Made by a program: the position numbers and the translations under genes. A stretch of DNA of 50,437 nt from the IMG/VR virus record IMGVR_UViG_3300044259_000059, positions 1 through 50,437 of that record; one strand, written 5' to 3'. Below, piece after piece: positions 35,415-46,256 of the stretch (position 1 is its first letter; every line of letters begins with the position of its first letter). The notes under the pieces were generated by a model, which saw only the letters and a program-made list of their open reading frames with translations, made no database searches and was not told where the DNA came from. The stretch is from a virus. Its lineage: Duplodnaviria > Caudoviricetes.

Positions 35415-35993
35415 TCAGCTGGTTTGATCCGCAAAATCGGTATCGAAGATAGGAGATACCACACGCTCAGGAGAGTTTTTAGCCTTCCAAGTGAGCGTAC
35501 CGGCTAAGGTCTCGTACTGGTCGAGTCCGCGGTTCAGGATGTCATCGCCAGTAATAGAACACGGACCGATACCGGAGTTGCCTCCGTACATGAAGCCCCC
35601 CTCAGTCTCGAACCAAATCTTCACCTGAACACCACATTCCGCAACCGCTAAAACCCACTCGTAGTTTTCTGGCGTCACGTCATCTATCGTCCAGTTTACG
35701 GTGTGGTCCTTTCGGATAGGGATGTCACGCCCGTTAGAAATGGCGGCCCTCACAGGGGAAGCCGCTGGTTTGTCCGCAATCACTGTCAGCGGACGAATAG
35801 CGTTAACGCTGCTGTTATTCTCGCTCACACGCTCGATCCATTCGGCTGCGCTGGTCCAGTCTGCAAAATCGTCAGCCGCCAAAGGAGCGACGAAAATCCG
35901 GCGAATCTCAGACAAAAGCACTGTAGGAGCACAAAATGAGAAGTTTACAGGAGGCAAGGCGCTATTACAATCAGTTAAGCAAATTACTGCCAT
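35415..35993 (-). CDS. Major tail tube protein (probable)
   Basis: 192 aa, beta-rich; own promoter (36032-36039) and terminator; leader motif TACCCATTTAAA shared with the capsid gene. Confidence 0.6.
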   Translation of the reverse strand: MAVICLTDCNSALPPVNFSFCAPTVLLSEIRRIFVAPLAADDFADWTSAAEWIERVSENNSSVNAIRPLTVIADKPAASPVRAAISNGRDIPIRKDHTVNWTIDDVTPENYEWVLAVAECGVQVKIWFETEGGFMYGGNSGIGPCSITGDDILNRGLDQYETLAGTLTWKAKNSPERVVSPIFDTDFADQTS

Positions 35994-36047
35994 GGTAAAA
36001 GGTTTTTTAAATGGGTAATAAAATCTAATGACAAAAATACAGGTTTT

Positions 36048-37571
36048 TTAAGAAGTGCGGGCGAGGTACGGTGTATACCCGTTGGACTCGTCGTAATTCA
36101 TGCAGCCTACGCGCCAATATGCGTAGTTTCCTGACACCGTGACACCCGCCAGTAATTCCGCTGGTGTCAACCCGGCTTGTATGGTAATCCATGGCCCGGA
36201 GGTCGCGTCGCTTGCCTGAATGGTTCCCCACATACTTTGGGTGATCCCGGCCGTTATCTTGGTCGTATCTGTGGTCAAGGTCTGCACCCTTATCAGGTAT
36301 GGCTTATCCGGGTTCGTAGCCCAAACAACCAGCCCGGTTAATACGTCAGTGCCTTCAGCTCCGGCATTCCGGATATTAAACGCCATGTAAGCGGCGCCTG
36401 AAGGAGCTACCACGGTATAGGCTCCGGTATCGTTGGCGATCTTGGTTACCTGAGAGGACGAGATCACGGCCAAAGTGGTCGGGCTGGATATATCCCCGGC
36501 TCCATAAAATCCCAGTTCGCGGCGTGAACTGTTCCAGTTATTGATATAATACCGTACGCCCGGCGTTACCGGAACAATACAGAGCATCCAGTCTGATATA
36601 GCTATAATCGCGCTGTTGGCTGTGCTGGGTACTTGGTAGGAGCTTTTAATATTTGCCGTGGGGGTGCCATCGTCTACAATGATCGTTGTAGGCTCATTGG
36701 TTCCTGATAGGCTCATATTGTCACAACATCCGTGCTTTGTCATGATTATTTGCCTGAATTTAATATCCAGCACCGTAAATACTCCGTTATCCTGAACAGC
36801 TGCGGACGTGGTTATACCTTCTATGTTACCGATTCTCACACCTTTAGCCGTTGTTACGGTTATACTACTATGCATCTGTAGGGAGGTCAGGGCTATTTTA
36901 ATAAAGTCTGTAACCGCCACGGAGAACGTATAGTTAACCACCATTTTCTGAAATGATGGAATTACATTGTCGTTTGCATCCCTTTCCCCATCCTCTTCGA
37001 ATTCAGGATCACTTTGATGTATGAATGTGTCGAGGTATACTACCTGTGTAAAGAAGTCTCCGGAAGGCCCGGCATATAAAACCGGGTCAATATCGCAGCT
37101 GTTTGAGAATACCACCTTTAGGTAGGGGATAGATGTGGCTGGATCATTCACACTAAAACTACTTTCAGGTATGTAGAATCTTTCACTATACCGTGTATAA
37201 ACTGTTCCTACTTTAATTACACTATAATATTCCCCCGGAAGTAGTTTTAAAAAATTAGTCTGCCCCCCAACTATGGCAGACAATTTATTCCCATTATAAT
37301 ATATATATGTTCCATTGTTGGTATTCCTTCCTTTGAAAAATGAAATATTAGGAGATAAATCTATAATAGGCGTATCGCAACAATCATAGATCATCCATGA
37401 AGTTACCGGAAGCGGTTCCGGCACCAGTATTTCAAATGGCAGCAGCGCATCTGACGGGGTTATTAACCTAAAGCTATTTGCTACCTTTTGGTTGTCCCTG
37501 TACTTCTGCTGCTTTTCTATTTTATCATACCACGGGAATGCTATTGGTAACTCGTCGAAAACTAATGACAT
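36048..37571 (-). CDS. Tail protein (tip/baseplate component)
   Basis: Position after the hub; C-terminal carbohydrate-binding-like segment. Confidence 0.6.
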   Translation of the reverse strand: MSLVFDELPIAFPWYDKIEKQQKYRDNQKVANSFRLITPSDALLPFEILVPEPLPVTSWMIYDCCDTPIIDLSPNISFFKGRNTNNGTYIYYNGNKLSAIVGGQTNFLKLLPGEYYSVIKVGTVYTRYSERFYIPESSFSVNDPATSIPYLKVVFSNSCDIDPVLYAGPSGDFFTQVVYLDTFIHQSDPEFEEDGERDANDNVIPSFQKMVVNYTFSVAVTDFIKIALTSLQMHSSITVTTAKGVRIGNIEGITTSAAVQDNGVFTVLDIKFRQIIMTKHGCCDNMSLSGTNEPTTIIVDDGTPTANIKSSYQVPSTANSAIIAISDWMLCIVPVTPGVRYYINNWNSSRRELGFYGAGDISSPTTLAVISSSQVTKIANDTGAYTVVAPSGAAYMAFNIRNAGAEGTDVLTGLVVWATNPDKPYLIRVQTLTTDTTKITAGITQSMWGTIQASDATSGPWITIQAGLTPAELLAGVTVSGNYAYWRVGCMNYDESNGYTPYLARTS

Positions 37572-37582
37572 GTTATAATTTT

Positions 37583-40500
37583 TTAAATGATTATGTAATT
37601 TCCAGATGCCAGATTGTACGACCAACTTTTATCGTAGTCATAAAAGTTATCGCAACTTACCCAATTTCGAGATACCGGGGTATCGTCTAATATCTTTTGG
37701 CTCGTGCCTGAAACACTGTACCCGGTTGTAACGTCGGTATTGTTGTCAGAGTCTGAGTTGTTGCCAGAAATAACCCGTCTCAAATTTACGACGATTCCCA
37801 AACCCGTTACGTCGTACGGCGTTGTACCCGCTGAGTTGCTGTAGAATGATACCGTGTAATCTCTCATACTGGTACTCCCTTTTATGGATGGTGTACCGGA
37901 GCAATTGATGTAATAGTTAGCGGAAGAACTACAGCATGTGGTGAGTTTTACATAAAACATTGGCACAACTGTGATCGTTACAGTACCTACAGCTGTACCT
38001 GATCCATTCGATACGGTGTAGTTAAAATAATCCGTTCCCGTAAACCCGGTAGGCGGTACGTACTGGAACTGCCCGTTCGCATAAAGCGTGACGGTTCCGC
38101 CATTCGTACTACTTACTGTACCCGCTGTTACCGTATAAGTCCATCCGGACCCGCTGGGGGTTGTGTCGTTTGCCTTCAGGTCGCGTGCGCTGGATGCTGC
38201 CAAAGTTGTATTAACAGATGTGGTATAGCTATCCGGGTTCGCGACTGGGTTCGTGTTTGTGGTCACTGTGATATGTACCGTAGCCGTATCCGTCAGGCTG
38301 TTATCGTCCACAATGGTATACGTGAACGTGTCCGACCCAGTGAATCCGCTGGCAGGAGTGTATGTGAATGCCCCAGTGCTGGACATGGTGATCGTTCCGC
38401 CGTGGATGCTGGTTGCATCGTAGCTCTGTAGTGTAAAGCTATTATCGTCCGAATCATTAGAGAACGGACCCGGAGCCGATACGCTCAGGCTCCCTACCTC
38501 TGTGTAGCAGGTGTAATAATCGTCATTAGCTACAGGCGCAGTATTAGTAGCTCTAACGGTTATCGAGATCAGCGCATTGTTAGACGCGGCACCCCATGAG
38601 TCATGGACCCGGTAGATAAATGAGTCAGAGCCGACGTAGCTTGCCTCTGGACGGTAGTATATCTGCAACCCTACTACCGCAACGACTCCGTGCAGTGGCT
38701 GTGTTACGATCTCTACACGGCTAAAACTATCCCCGTTATCACTATCTGAGTCGTTTGCAGTAACGTCGATATACACATCAGTATTAGTATATAGTGTTAC
38801 GGTATCGAATCCAGCTACCGGTGAAGTATTTGGGATGAGGTTATCGTTCGCCTGATACAATAGGGTGTATGTAATTAACCCCGTTTTGAATGAAAATGAC
38901 GCCTTTGAAACGATTCCTTTCCCCATTGGCGTAGTTATATAGTCATCCGGGTTAAATGTGTCACCACAGCAAAACGGAATAGATATATCAACTCCTTTCT
39001 TTGTTGGCAGCGTAGAGAAGAAAGTAGTTTGTACGCCGTTCATCTTCCCGGAAGGAACTGGACGTTCGTATTTATGATAGTCACGCAATAGCTGGGATAT
39101 AGCCAGAGAGTTGTTATAGCTCGCTGATTCGAGAATCCCGTCTTCGGTAATTACACTATACCTACCTGTACCTGAGTCATACGTACAGGCAACCAAACAA
39201 AACCCATCGTTACTTACTACGTCTGAATTGTTAGAGCTATTCTTAACGATCAGGGAAATATCTGTAGTGATGTCCTCGATCGCATATGTTTTTATCTCTG
39301 ACTTACTGGTGGTACAGTCTGTATAAACGATAGGCAGCCCGGCAAAATCTGACCCGTTAGAGCTTTCCATGAATGACCAAACCTCCTGACGCGGTATCTC
39401 CTGAGTCTCGTAGTTGTACTTGTTCTTACCGTCTGTGTATTTCTTATACTCATCTCCTGTTACATCTTTCCCCTCTGCACGGCTCCACCAGTCAACATGC
39501 TCTAACCTGAGATAACCACCTGTGATGCGCCAATCAACATTGAAGATGTATTTAATTGCCTTTGTAGCTTTCTCAAATGTCCAGTTAGCGACCGTCGCGT
39601 TTGAATCAGCATCACCTTTTTTGATGTCTGATTTCTGGAAGAGGATCAGGTGTAACACCTTGGATGCAGACAGAGTAACATAGTTTACTGTTGTAGTTAT
39701 GTCCGGGTTCCACTGGAAGAAATCAGATTTAAGTGTCAGCCCTTCAGCGCTACAAAAGGCGCTCAGGAAAGCGCTCATGACACGATCAAAAGGCAACCCG
39801 TTGTCATAGCTCACGGTGTTTGTGCTGCCATCTTCTAAGATGTCACACTGATACAGGTAATTACCGGTAGTTGTGTACGTACAGTTAGTCTTTGTAATCC
39901 CCTTCGCGTACTTCTTTGACCCACCAGTACTACAGGTATCCTCTACGAGAACCCAGTCACCCCCCGGGGGCATATCGGTACAAGCAACTACCATCACCTG
40001 ACGTGCCCATTTAGTTGTTTTATCATACAGGGTCAGCGTATCCTGAGTAACAGAATTGTAATAATAGACCCATTGCCCGGCTTCAGCGGTGCCTGATCCT
40101 CCCCAGTATGGAGAGGTATTTGTTCCACTTGATACCGTGGTATCATAACTTACTTTCTCAATCGTAACAGTGCTGTCCTGTAAGCATACAGTCTTTCGTG
40201 ACGCCTGATCGATGTAGCTAAACAGGTTAATTTCCTCGCTTTTATTATCGTCTAAGCACTGCCCTGTTGTGTCTTCCTCGAACTTCAAACTAACCTGACA
40301 GCGATCATAATCCCAGTCTCCGGTGTTTAGGCTTATACGGGCGCTGAAAAAGTCTACCCAGCTCTCTTTAAAGTTGCTATCCACACAACGGCGCTGTATC
40401 AATATCGACTGAAAGACGCAACGGTAGATAGACTTTTCAAACTTGCTTAAACGGACAAAACTATCACCTGTAAAAGTGATAGTTCCGTCGAATGTTCTTT

Positions 40501-40645
40501 TGTAGTCTCGCTTGCCGTCATCTGTTTCGCGCTCCCAGTTTATTGTAAAATCCAGCTCTCCAAGCGGATAGGCGGTATAGTCTCCCAACTGGTCGGAGAT
40601 AGTATACCGGTAGAATATCTTTGGTTGTGCGTTACTGTTCGTCAT
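37583..40645 (-). CDS. Tail tip/hub protein with three Ig/cadherin-like repeats
   Basis: Follows the TMP; repeats PVAxxD...ND...HG...YxP...GxDxFxYxxxD. Confidence 0.75.
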   Translation of the reverse strand: MTNSNAQPKIFYRYTISDQLGDYTAYPLGELDFTINWERETDDGKRDYKRTFDGTITFTGDSFVRLSKFEKSIYRCVFQSILIQRRCVDSNFKESWVDFFSARISLNTGDWDYDRCQVSLKFEEDTTGQCLDDNKSEEINLFSYIDQASRKTVCLQDSTVTIEKVSYDTTVSSGTNTSPYWGGSGTAEAGQWVYYYNSVTQDTLTLYDKTTKWARQVMVVACTDMPPGGDWVLVEDTCSTGGSKKYAKGITKTNCTYTTTGNYLYQCDILEDGSTNTVSYDNGLPFDRVMSAFLSAFCSAEGLTLKSDFFQWNPDITTTVNYVTLSASKVLHLILFQKSDIKKGDADSNATVANWTFEKATKAIKYIFNVDWRITGGYLRLEHVDWWSRAEGKDVTGDEYKKYTDGKNKYNYETQEIPRQEVWSFMESSNGSDFAGLPIVYTDCTTSKSEIKTYAIEDITTDISLIVKNSSNNSDVVSNDGFCLVACTYDSGTGRYSVITEDGILESASYNNSLAISQLLRDYHKYERPVPSGKMNGVQTTFFSTLPTKKGVDISIPFCCGDTFNPDDYITTPMGKGIVSKASFSFKTGLITYTLLYQANDNLIPNTSPVAGFDTVTLYTNTDVYIDVTANDSDSDNGDSFSRVEIVTQPLHGVVAVVGLQIYYRPEASYVGSDSFIYRVHDSWGAASNNALISITVRATNTAPVANDDYYTCYTEVGSLSVSAPGPFSNDSDDNSFTLQSYDATSIHGGTITMSSTGAFTYTPASGFTGSDTFTYTIVDDNSLTDTATVHITVTTNTNPVANPDSYTTSVNTTLAASSARDLKANDTTPSGSGWTYTVTAGTVSSTNGGTVTLYANGQFQYVPPTGFTGTDYFNYTVSNGSGTAVGTVTITVVPMFYVKLTTCCSSSANYYINCSGTPSIKGSTSMRDYTVSFYSNSAGTTPYDVTGLGIVVNLRRVISGNNSDSDNNTDVTTGYSVSGTSQKILDDTPVSRNWVSCDNFYDYDKSWSYNLASGNYIII

Positions 40646-43600
40646 TAGCTAACTGTTTTTTGGGTATGCGCGTTGTTTTATTGTTCCGCTTAATGTAGGT
40701 ATACTTGTCATCTTCCCAGCTTGTCGGACGATCCCTACTATCTGCTATCATAGAACGAAGTAACCGGTTTGTTTCGCGGATGTCTTCGCCGTGATCTGGC
40801 GCTTGGTTTACTACCGTTACCTGTAGTTTTTCCAGCTTCAATTTTTCGCCCATGGCCCTATCCTGTGAGTCACTGGATAAATGCACCCCGGTTCCTTCAA
40901 GCAATTCAGCGAGTGCTAAGTTCATCAGGCCCAAACTGTCTAATTTGTCCTCGTTCATCGCATCCAGTAAGTTGTAATACTTCTGAGTGCTGGACTTGCG
41001 AATCACAAACTCGCCTCCTTCCAGCTCCACTACCTTTCCGGAACCATCCATAGATTTATATTTCACACCGCCATCTCTGTGGCTCTTACCATCGATCACA
41101 CCACCTTTGCCGAAGCTGTCAGTACTGGATGAATCAACCGCCTTGAACGCTGAAACCTTAGCAGCTGTGAAGGCGCCCAACATCAGAGCAATAGTAGCAA
41201 TAGCCAGAGGAACCCCAACGAAAGGAATAGACGCCAGAGAACTAAATATCTCAGTAGATGCCGTAATCAGGTTACTTGCCTGTGTGGCTGTGTCTATGAG
41301 TATCTGCGCTTTCTTCATAGCGTTGCGCTTTTTGATAAGGTCTTGCTCTTGCTTTACCTGTTCGTCCTTCTCCGCCTGTTTAGCAGCAAGCTCCTTTTCT
41401 ATCGTAGCGACGTTATTAGCATACCCTTTCTCCTGTAAATCTTTTTCCTCGTCTAATTGATCCTCTAAGTCGCTGATCTCATCGTCTGTCGCTTTGATCT
41501 TTTCCTTTTGCTTATCAATTTGCTGATCATACAGGTCTACTACCGATGCCGTGATAGACTTAAGCGCGTCCACAGCCTGACCCGCCGCCTTTGTTATTGC
41601 TGAGATTTGGTCATCTGTTAGGTTGTCGGATATTCCCAACAAGTCTAACAGCGTAACGCCTTGCCCTTTTTGTCCGTCTACTGCTGTTTTAAGCTCCTTC
41701 TGTAGGTTGGCTACTGTTGCCTTTGCCTGTAATACTTGAACAGAATTTTCGTCCGCTCCTGAAGCTACCAGTGCGTCCAATGCCTTCTGCGCGTACTTCA
41801 CTTTAACCTCGAGGACTGCTATTTGTTTTTTCTCTTCGGCCTTCTTATTGTCTACCGAATAAGCACTGGCTACATCTATTAACGCGAGTTCCTTATTCTG
41901 CGCTTCCTCTATCTGGTCCTGTTTACCCTTCAGTGCTATTTTCTTACGTTCCGCTTCAGTCTTTGTCTCCAATGCGGTAAGCAACTGTATACGTAAACTT
42001 TCCTCGTCCTTGTACGTGGTCTCAATCGCGTTCTTTTTCTCCGCGTAGTCTGCCTCGAGCAATGCTAAGTCCTTTGCAGCACCATCCTTTTGAGCGTCTG
42101 CGAGTTGCTGGTTAGCTTGGAACTGCAATTGCAGCCTATCCGCTGCTGTCTTCTTATTGAGGTCCGTTAGCTTCTTATTACGCTCATTGGTGAGAGCTTC
42201 TACTAACGCGGTCTGTGCTGTTTCGGCATCTTTACTGAGAGCCTTTTCATTCTGCACCTGTTCGATCTTATTCTGATAGTCCAGTATGATCGCCCGGCGT
42301 TCCTTTGCTACGCCGTCTTCGAGAGCTGCAACACGAGACACCGCCGCTGACTGAGTGAATTTTAAGAGCTGGTCTGCTATCTTCTTTTGTTCCTCCGCGT
42401 TTTTCTTAGCTTCTGCGAGTGCTTTATCTGCCAACTCTTTACGCTTTTTATTGTCGGCCGTCTGTGCGTCGATACCCTTTACCTGTATCTCAGTACGGAG
42501 GTCTAACACTTCACTCTCTGCTTTCGTGATACCGTCCTGTATCTTTGCATACTCTTCTGCATCCTTCTTATTGGTGACGTTCATCTCATCCAATTTGGCT
42601 TGGTTCTGTTTGATAAACGCCTCCCTCTGGTCTATACGGCCCTGCAAAGTTTCCTTTTCGATGTCTGCGATCTCCTTCTCACTCTTGCCGGCCAATTTGG
42701 CATATGCGGTCTGTATATCACCTGCACGTTTAAGCGCGTCATCGTTGAGAGAGATCAGGTAGTTTTGCCGCTCTATCTCATCGTTTAAGCTCTTCAAATC
42801 TTCCTCCGTTTCGTTAGCTGATCCGCCCCATATCAACAGCGCAGCAACAATAGCAGCAATAGCTACAGCTACAGCGGTAATAGGATTAGCCAGTAATGCA
42901 GCTGTCAACCCGTTAGTTGCTACGGTTGCCTCGGCGGTTGCCGCTGCCTCAGCCGTGGTACTGGTTGCAAGTGCGGTACTTGAAGCCGTAGCGGCGCGTT
43001 CCGCGTTGGCGCGTAATACCACCATCAATGCGCTATCCTTGTTTAGTGTATTGGCTAATGCTTGTATCCCCTGCAATACCGCCATCGCTCCGTTAACCTT
43101 CACGAGTACCTTATTCAGTTCTTCATTTTCTGATCCGAATAAAGCCACGGCCCCCTGAGCGGCGGCGAATCCACCAGCAAGGCCCTGAACTGCTGCGACG
43201 CCAGCATCTAAATTTTTAGTGTCGGAAGCAAGGGCGCGTATTTGTGACTGAGTATCCCCGATCTGATCCTGTAAAGCTCCTGCCTGCTGCGCCATTGCTC
43301 TAAATTCGGCTGTATCTGCCTGACCCGCCATCTCCATCTGTGCCATTGCCTCTCGCAATTGGCGTAACTGTGTCTTCAGCGGCACTATCCTCTGGTTAAC
43401 AATATCAGCGGCATTGCCCAACCCCTCTAAAAACCCGCTCGCCAATTCTACCTGCTGATTTAATTGCTGGAACTCCGTCGAGTCGGGAGCTAGATTATTC
43501 AGGCGCTCACGGGCGAACTGCACAACAGTTCCCAGCTCCTGAAATTCATTTTTTGCCTGCCCTATCTGAGTCTCGAATCGCTGCAATGCTGCACCGTCTA

Positions 43601-43958
43601 AGTTCAGAGTGATTTTAGCATTATCCTTGCTGAAGCTCGCTAACTGTGATTTTAGCTCCGTTAACTTTTGCTTCATGCCATCAGTTAGGCCCGTACCCTT
43701 TAACCCGGCCGCAATCTCAGTACCCAGTGTCTTCCCCTGCTCTCTTAACTGTGTCAAAAGAACGGTGGTGTTACGGATGTTCTGGTCAAACTGTTGTGCA
43801 GCCTGCCCGCCTTGCGTAAAAGAGTTTTGCAGGGCCGCGCTACTCTGTGTAGCGGCGCCCTGCAATGTTCTTATTTGGTCTATGGATAATCCGACCTGCT
43901 GCTGTAGCTGCGAGGCGTTCACCCCTAGATTTACTACATAATCTTCACTTCCCGGCAT
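40632..43958 (-). CDS. Tape measure protein
   Basis: About 1108 aa Ala/Gln/Lys-rich helical protein with hydrophobic stretches; FGKGG...ELEGGEFVI C-terminus; start MPGSED. Confidence 0.88.
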   Translation of the reverse strand: MPGSEDYVVNLGVNASQLQQQVGLSIDQIRTLQGAATQSSAALQNSFTQGGQAAQQFDQNIRNTTVLLTQLREQGKTLGTEIAAGLKGTGLTDGMKQKLTELKSQLASFSKDNAKITLNLDGAALQRFETQIGQAKNEFQELGTVVQFARERLNNLAPDSTEFQQLNQQVELASGFLEGLGNAADIVNQRIVPLKTQLRQLREAMAQMEMAGQADTAEFRAMAQQAGALQDQIGDTQSQIRALASDTKNLDAGVAAVQGLAGGFAAAQGAVALFGSENEELNKVLVKVNGAMAVLQGIQALANTLNKDSALMVVLRANAERAATASSTALATSTTAEAAATAEATVATNGLTAALLANPITAVAVAIAAIVAALLIWGGSANETEEDLKSLNDEIERQNYLISLNDDALKRAGDIQTAYAKLAGKSEKEIADIEKETLQGRIDQREAFIKQNQAKLDEMNVTNKKDAEEYAKIQDGITKAESEVLDLRTEIQVKGIDAQTADNKKRKELADKALAEAKKNAEEQKKIADQLLKFTQSAAVSRVAALEDGVAKERRAIILDYQNKIEQVQNEKALSKDAETAQTALVEALTNERNKKLTDLNKKTAADRLQLQFQANQQLADAQKDGAAKDLALLEADYAEKKNAIETTYKDEESLRIQLLTALETKTEAERKKIALKGKQDQIEEAQNKELALIDVASAYSVDNKKAEEKKQIAVLEVKVKYAQKALDALVASGADENSVQVLQAKATVANLQKELKTAVDGQKGQGVTLLDLLGISDNLTDDQISAITKAAGQAVDALKSITASVVDLYDQQIDKQKEKIKATDDEISDLEDQLDEEKDLQEKGYANNVATIEKELAAKQAEKDEQVKQEQDLIKKRNAMKKAQILIDTATQASNLITASTEIFSSLASIPFVGVPLAIATIALMLGAFTAAKVSAFKAVDSSSTDSFGKGGVIDGKSHRDGGVKYKSMDGSGKVVELEGGEFVIRKSSTQKYYNLLDAMNEDKLDSLGLMNLALAELLEGTGVHLSSDSQDRAMGEKLKLEKLQVTVVNQAPDHGEDIRETNRLLRSMIADSRDRPTSWEDDKYTYIKRNNKTTRIPKKQLANDEQ

Positions 43959-44289
43959 TTTTTTTGGTTTTAATTTGTTCTTGTTTCTTTTTATTCTCTT
44001 CCATCCACAGATCAAACACCTCGTAAAATTCGAACATATCCAGCTTCTTTAACCGCTCATACGCTGCCGTATCTCCGTCCGCCATTGCCCACCATAATTT
44101 TATCCAGCGTTTTCGGACGGCTTCGGCTCGTTGGGCAATGGTTTCATTAACTTTTTCGCCTTGAAGTTTCGTTGTACTTCTTCTTTTAAGTTTTGGCCCG
44201 CTTTCTTGTCTTGCGCTGAAATGATGCGGGAAACGTTGAGATAATCGTCTATAAAGCCGTTTATCTTGTTCAGCGCTAAAGTAAAAAAA
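43945..44289 (-). other. -1 frame extension of the tail assembly chaperone (gpGT-like)
   Basis: -1 frame is open from T TTT TTT (44283-44289) to TGA at 43945. Confidence 0.7.
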
Positions 44290-44684
44290 TCCCTCGTGTC
44301 GAATTCCTTCCAGTCCTCTATTTTGCGGGTGATCATATCTTCCGTTATAGTAGTCCTGTCTTCGTCACTGTGGTTTATAATCAAAGCGCACATCCTTAAA
44401 AGCGAGTGGTGTTTATCTTCCAGCTTTGCAATACCTCTTTGCAGGTTGTCAACTATAACACATGCAGGCACCGCCTGAAACGTGTTTAATGCCTCCCTGA
44501 TATTGCCTAACCCGTCAAACAATGTTTTGTAGGTAACAGATAGCCCGGCCTCTACCTCGAGGCGTTGCCACATTGCAAGGCGTTCGCTATTCATGCCCAG
44601 CTCGACGAAATACGTGTTCCCTGTTCGTGTTGTGAACTGGGTTTCAGTCTCAAAGTTGATACGTTTTAAATGTACTGCACTCAT
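44100..44684 (-). CDS. Tail assembly chaperone (gpG-like)
   Basis: Immediately upstream of the TMP; slippery site at DFF. Confidence 0.7.
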   Translation of the reverse strand: MSAVHLKRINFETETQFTTRTGNTYFVELGMNSERLAMWQRLEVEAGLSVTYKTLFDGLGNIREALNTFQAVPACVIVDNLQRGIAKLEDKHHSLLRMCALIINHSDEDRTTITEDMITRKIEDWKEFDTRDFFTLALNKINGFIDDYLNVSRIISAQDKKAGQNLKEEVQRNFKAKKLMKPLPNEPKPSENAG

Positions 44685-44688
44685 GTTG

Positions 44689-45045
44689 TTAGTTGTTTTT
44701 TATGTAAGTGATCAGGAACGAAATTACGAAAGCTGAAAGTATACCTGTCGCAATAAAGATACCTGCACCGAACAAATTAGGGGTAAATTCCTTTATCTGT
44801 GGTACAATGTTCCATATAACAACAGAAAACCGGTGGTATTTACCCACGGCATTTGCAATATACGTCCATAAGCATAATTGCCCGGCTATGCACTTCTCAC
44901 AACCCCAAATAGGCTTATGCCATATCTTAGACTCCCAGCGAGCACCGAAGGCAAACCACCAGCTTAGAACTGGCTCTTTAGACAGTATGCCACGGTACAC
45001 GGCGGCGAATAGGCCGATTAATACGGCTGTTGTTATCATTGACAT
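44689..45045 (-). CDS. Membrane protein with CxxC in the tail module
   Basis: Three hydrophobic segments; WGCEKC. Confidence 0.6.
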   Translation of the reverse strand: MSMITTAVLIGLFAAVYRGILSKEPVLSWWFAFGARWESKIWHKPIWGCEKCIAGQLCLWTYIANAVGKYHRFSVVIWNIVPQIKEFTPNLFGAGIFIATGILSAFVISFLITYIKNN

Positions 45046-45653
45046 ATCGGGTCTAGCTTGGTTAATTGACTTATGCAGTCGTTAGAGATATAGAAATCAC
45101 AGGTAAAGGTAATGCTAAAGAATTCGAACGGCGGGCGGAGGAACTGTGTTACCGTCTCGTCGTAAGTCCACTTTGCAAAGATGGCAGAATCTTGCGGCGC
45201 TACCCTGCCCGGAGTCACAACCAGCGTTTTAAATATCTCCGTGTTTACCGGGTTGGCGTTTGATACCCTGTCGATCACTGATGCCATGCATGCAGCTGAT
45301 ACCTCAGCGTATGTATTACCGGCCCATTTAGCGCGGTTCGTCCACACTACAAGGGTAACCATCGCCCGGAAGCGTAACATGTTCCTTTTGCGCTCTATAT
45401 AGCTAACACCGCCATCCTCGAAATAACACAAACCTCTCCGGCTATTGTCTGGAATGACCGGGTATTCCTTACCCTTACATGGGGCGGCGTCTATCACATC
45501 ATATGATACCGGCATCCGTTTTGTAATCGGGTTGTTGTTCTGGTCGTTCTCTTTATATTCGAGCTTCTGAGCCAGTCCGCCGTAAACCTCTATAAATGGC
45601 AAGTCCGCCGTATGTAGGCGGTCTCGCAAAATTGTACATAGTTCTTTGATCAT
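45036..45653 (-). CDS. Tail completion/terminator-like protein
   Basis: Position and size only. Confidence 0.5.
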   Translation of the reverse strand: MIKELCTILRDRLHTADLPFIEVYGGLAQKLEYKENDQNNNPITKRMPVSYDVIDAAPCKGKEYPVIPDNSRRGLCYFEDGGVSYIERKRNMLRFRAMVTLVVWTNRAKWAGNTYAEVSAACMASVIDRVSNANPVNTEIFKTLVVTPGRVAPQDSAIFAKWTYDETVTQFLRPPFEFFSITFTCDFYISNDCISQLTKLDPICQ

Positions 45654-45655
45654 GG

Positions 45656-46213
45656 TTAGATGTTGTTACGTTGTAAAATTCTTGATACTTCCTCTTGCCC
45701 TACCTGTTTTAACACTGCCATATTCTCCCCCTCTTCCAGAGCCTTCCCAATGAAATCGCCGTACCGTTCAGCGTTGTAGTTCATTTTGTCCTGCCCATCC
45801 CGATTGATGTTACCAAGCGGCGCTATCCAGTTCTCGCCGTGTTCCTTCGGGTCCATTGGTTGCATTCCGGACCACATTTCACCGGAGTACGTCAAGTCTA
45901 CAAACCCAGTTTGCAGCCCTTGCGCATCCCTGAACGCCTTCCATGACGCCTCGCCATCAAGCCCCAATTCATCGTATTCTTGATCAATACGATCCAGAAA
46001 GCTGGCCCCCTGCCCGTTTAGTATGTTCTGCCTGAGCCAGATGGTAGGAATTGCCTTTGTAGAATACAGCATACCGAACCCGTGATCCTTAATAGTGCGC
46101 TCCGCTATCGCCTTTGCGGTCAGGGAGATTGATGTCGCAATATCCGGGAGAGACCGGGTAATATCCTCCTTAAAGTTCTCGAGGCGGTGAATAAGATCGT
46201 TTAAGTCTGGCAT
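45656..46213 (-). CDS. Neck / virion morphogenesis protein
   Basis: VDLTYSGEMW motif; start MPDLND. Confidence 0.6.
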   Translation of the reverse strand: MPDLNDLIHRLENFKEDITRSLPDIATSISLTAKAIAERTIKDHGFGMLYSTKAIPTIWLRQNILNGQGASFLDRIDQEYDELGLDGEASWKAFRDAQGLQTGFVDLTYSGEMWSGMQPMDPKEHGENWIAPLGNINRDGQDKMNYNAERYGDFIGKALEEGENMAVLKQVGQEEVSRILQRNNI

Positions 46214-46256
46214 AATGTGTATATATAATAAGGAATATAATAAGGAGTAATAGGTA

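Noticed and set aside
33089-40645. Diversity-generating retroelement acting on tail genes
   Set aside because: No reverse transcriptase and no template/variable repeat pair seen
46222-46254. Short tandem ATAATAAGGA repeat before the neck gene
   Set aside because: Two and a half copies of an AT-rich 10-mer; no function can be supported
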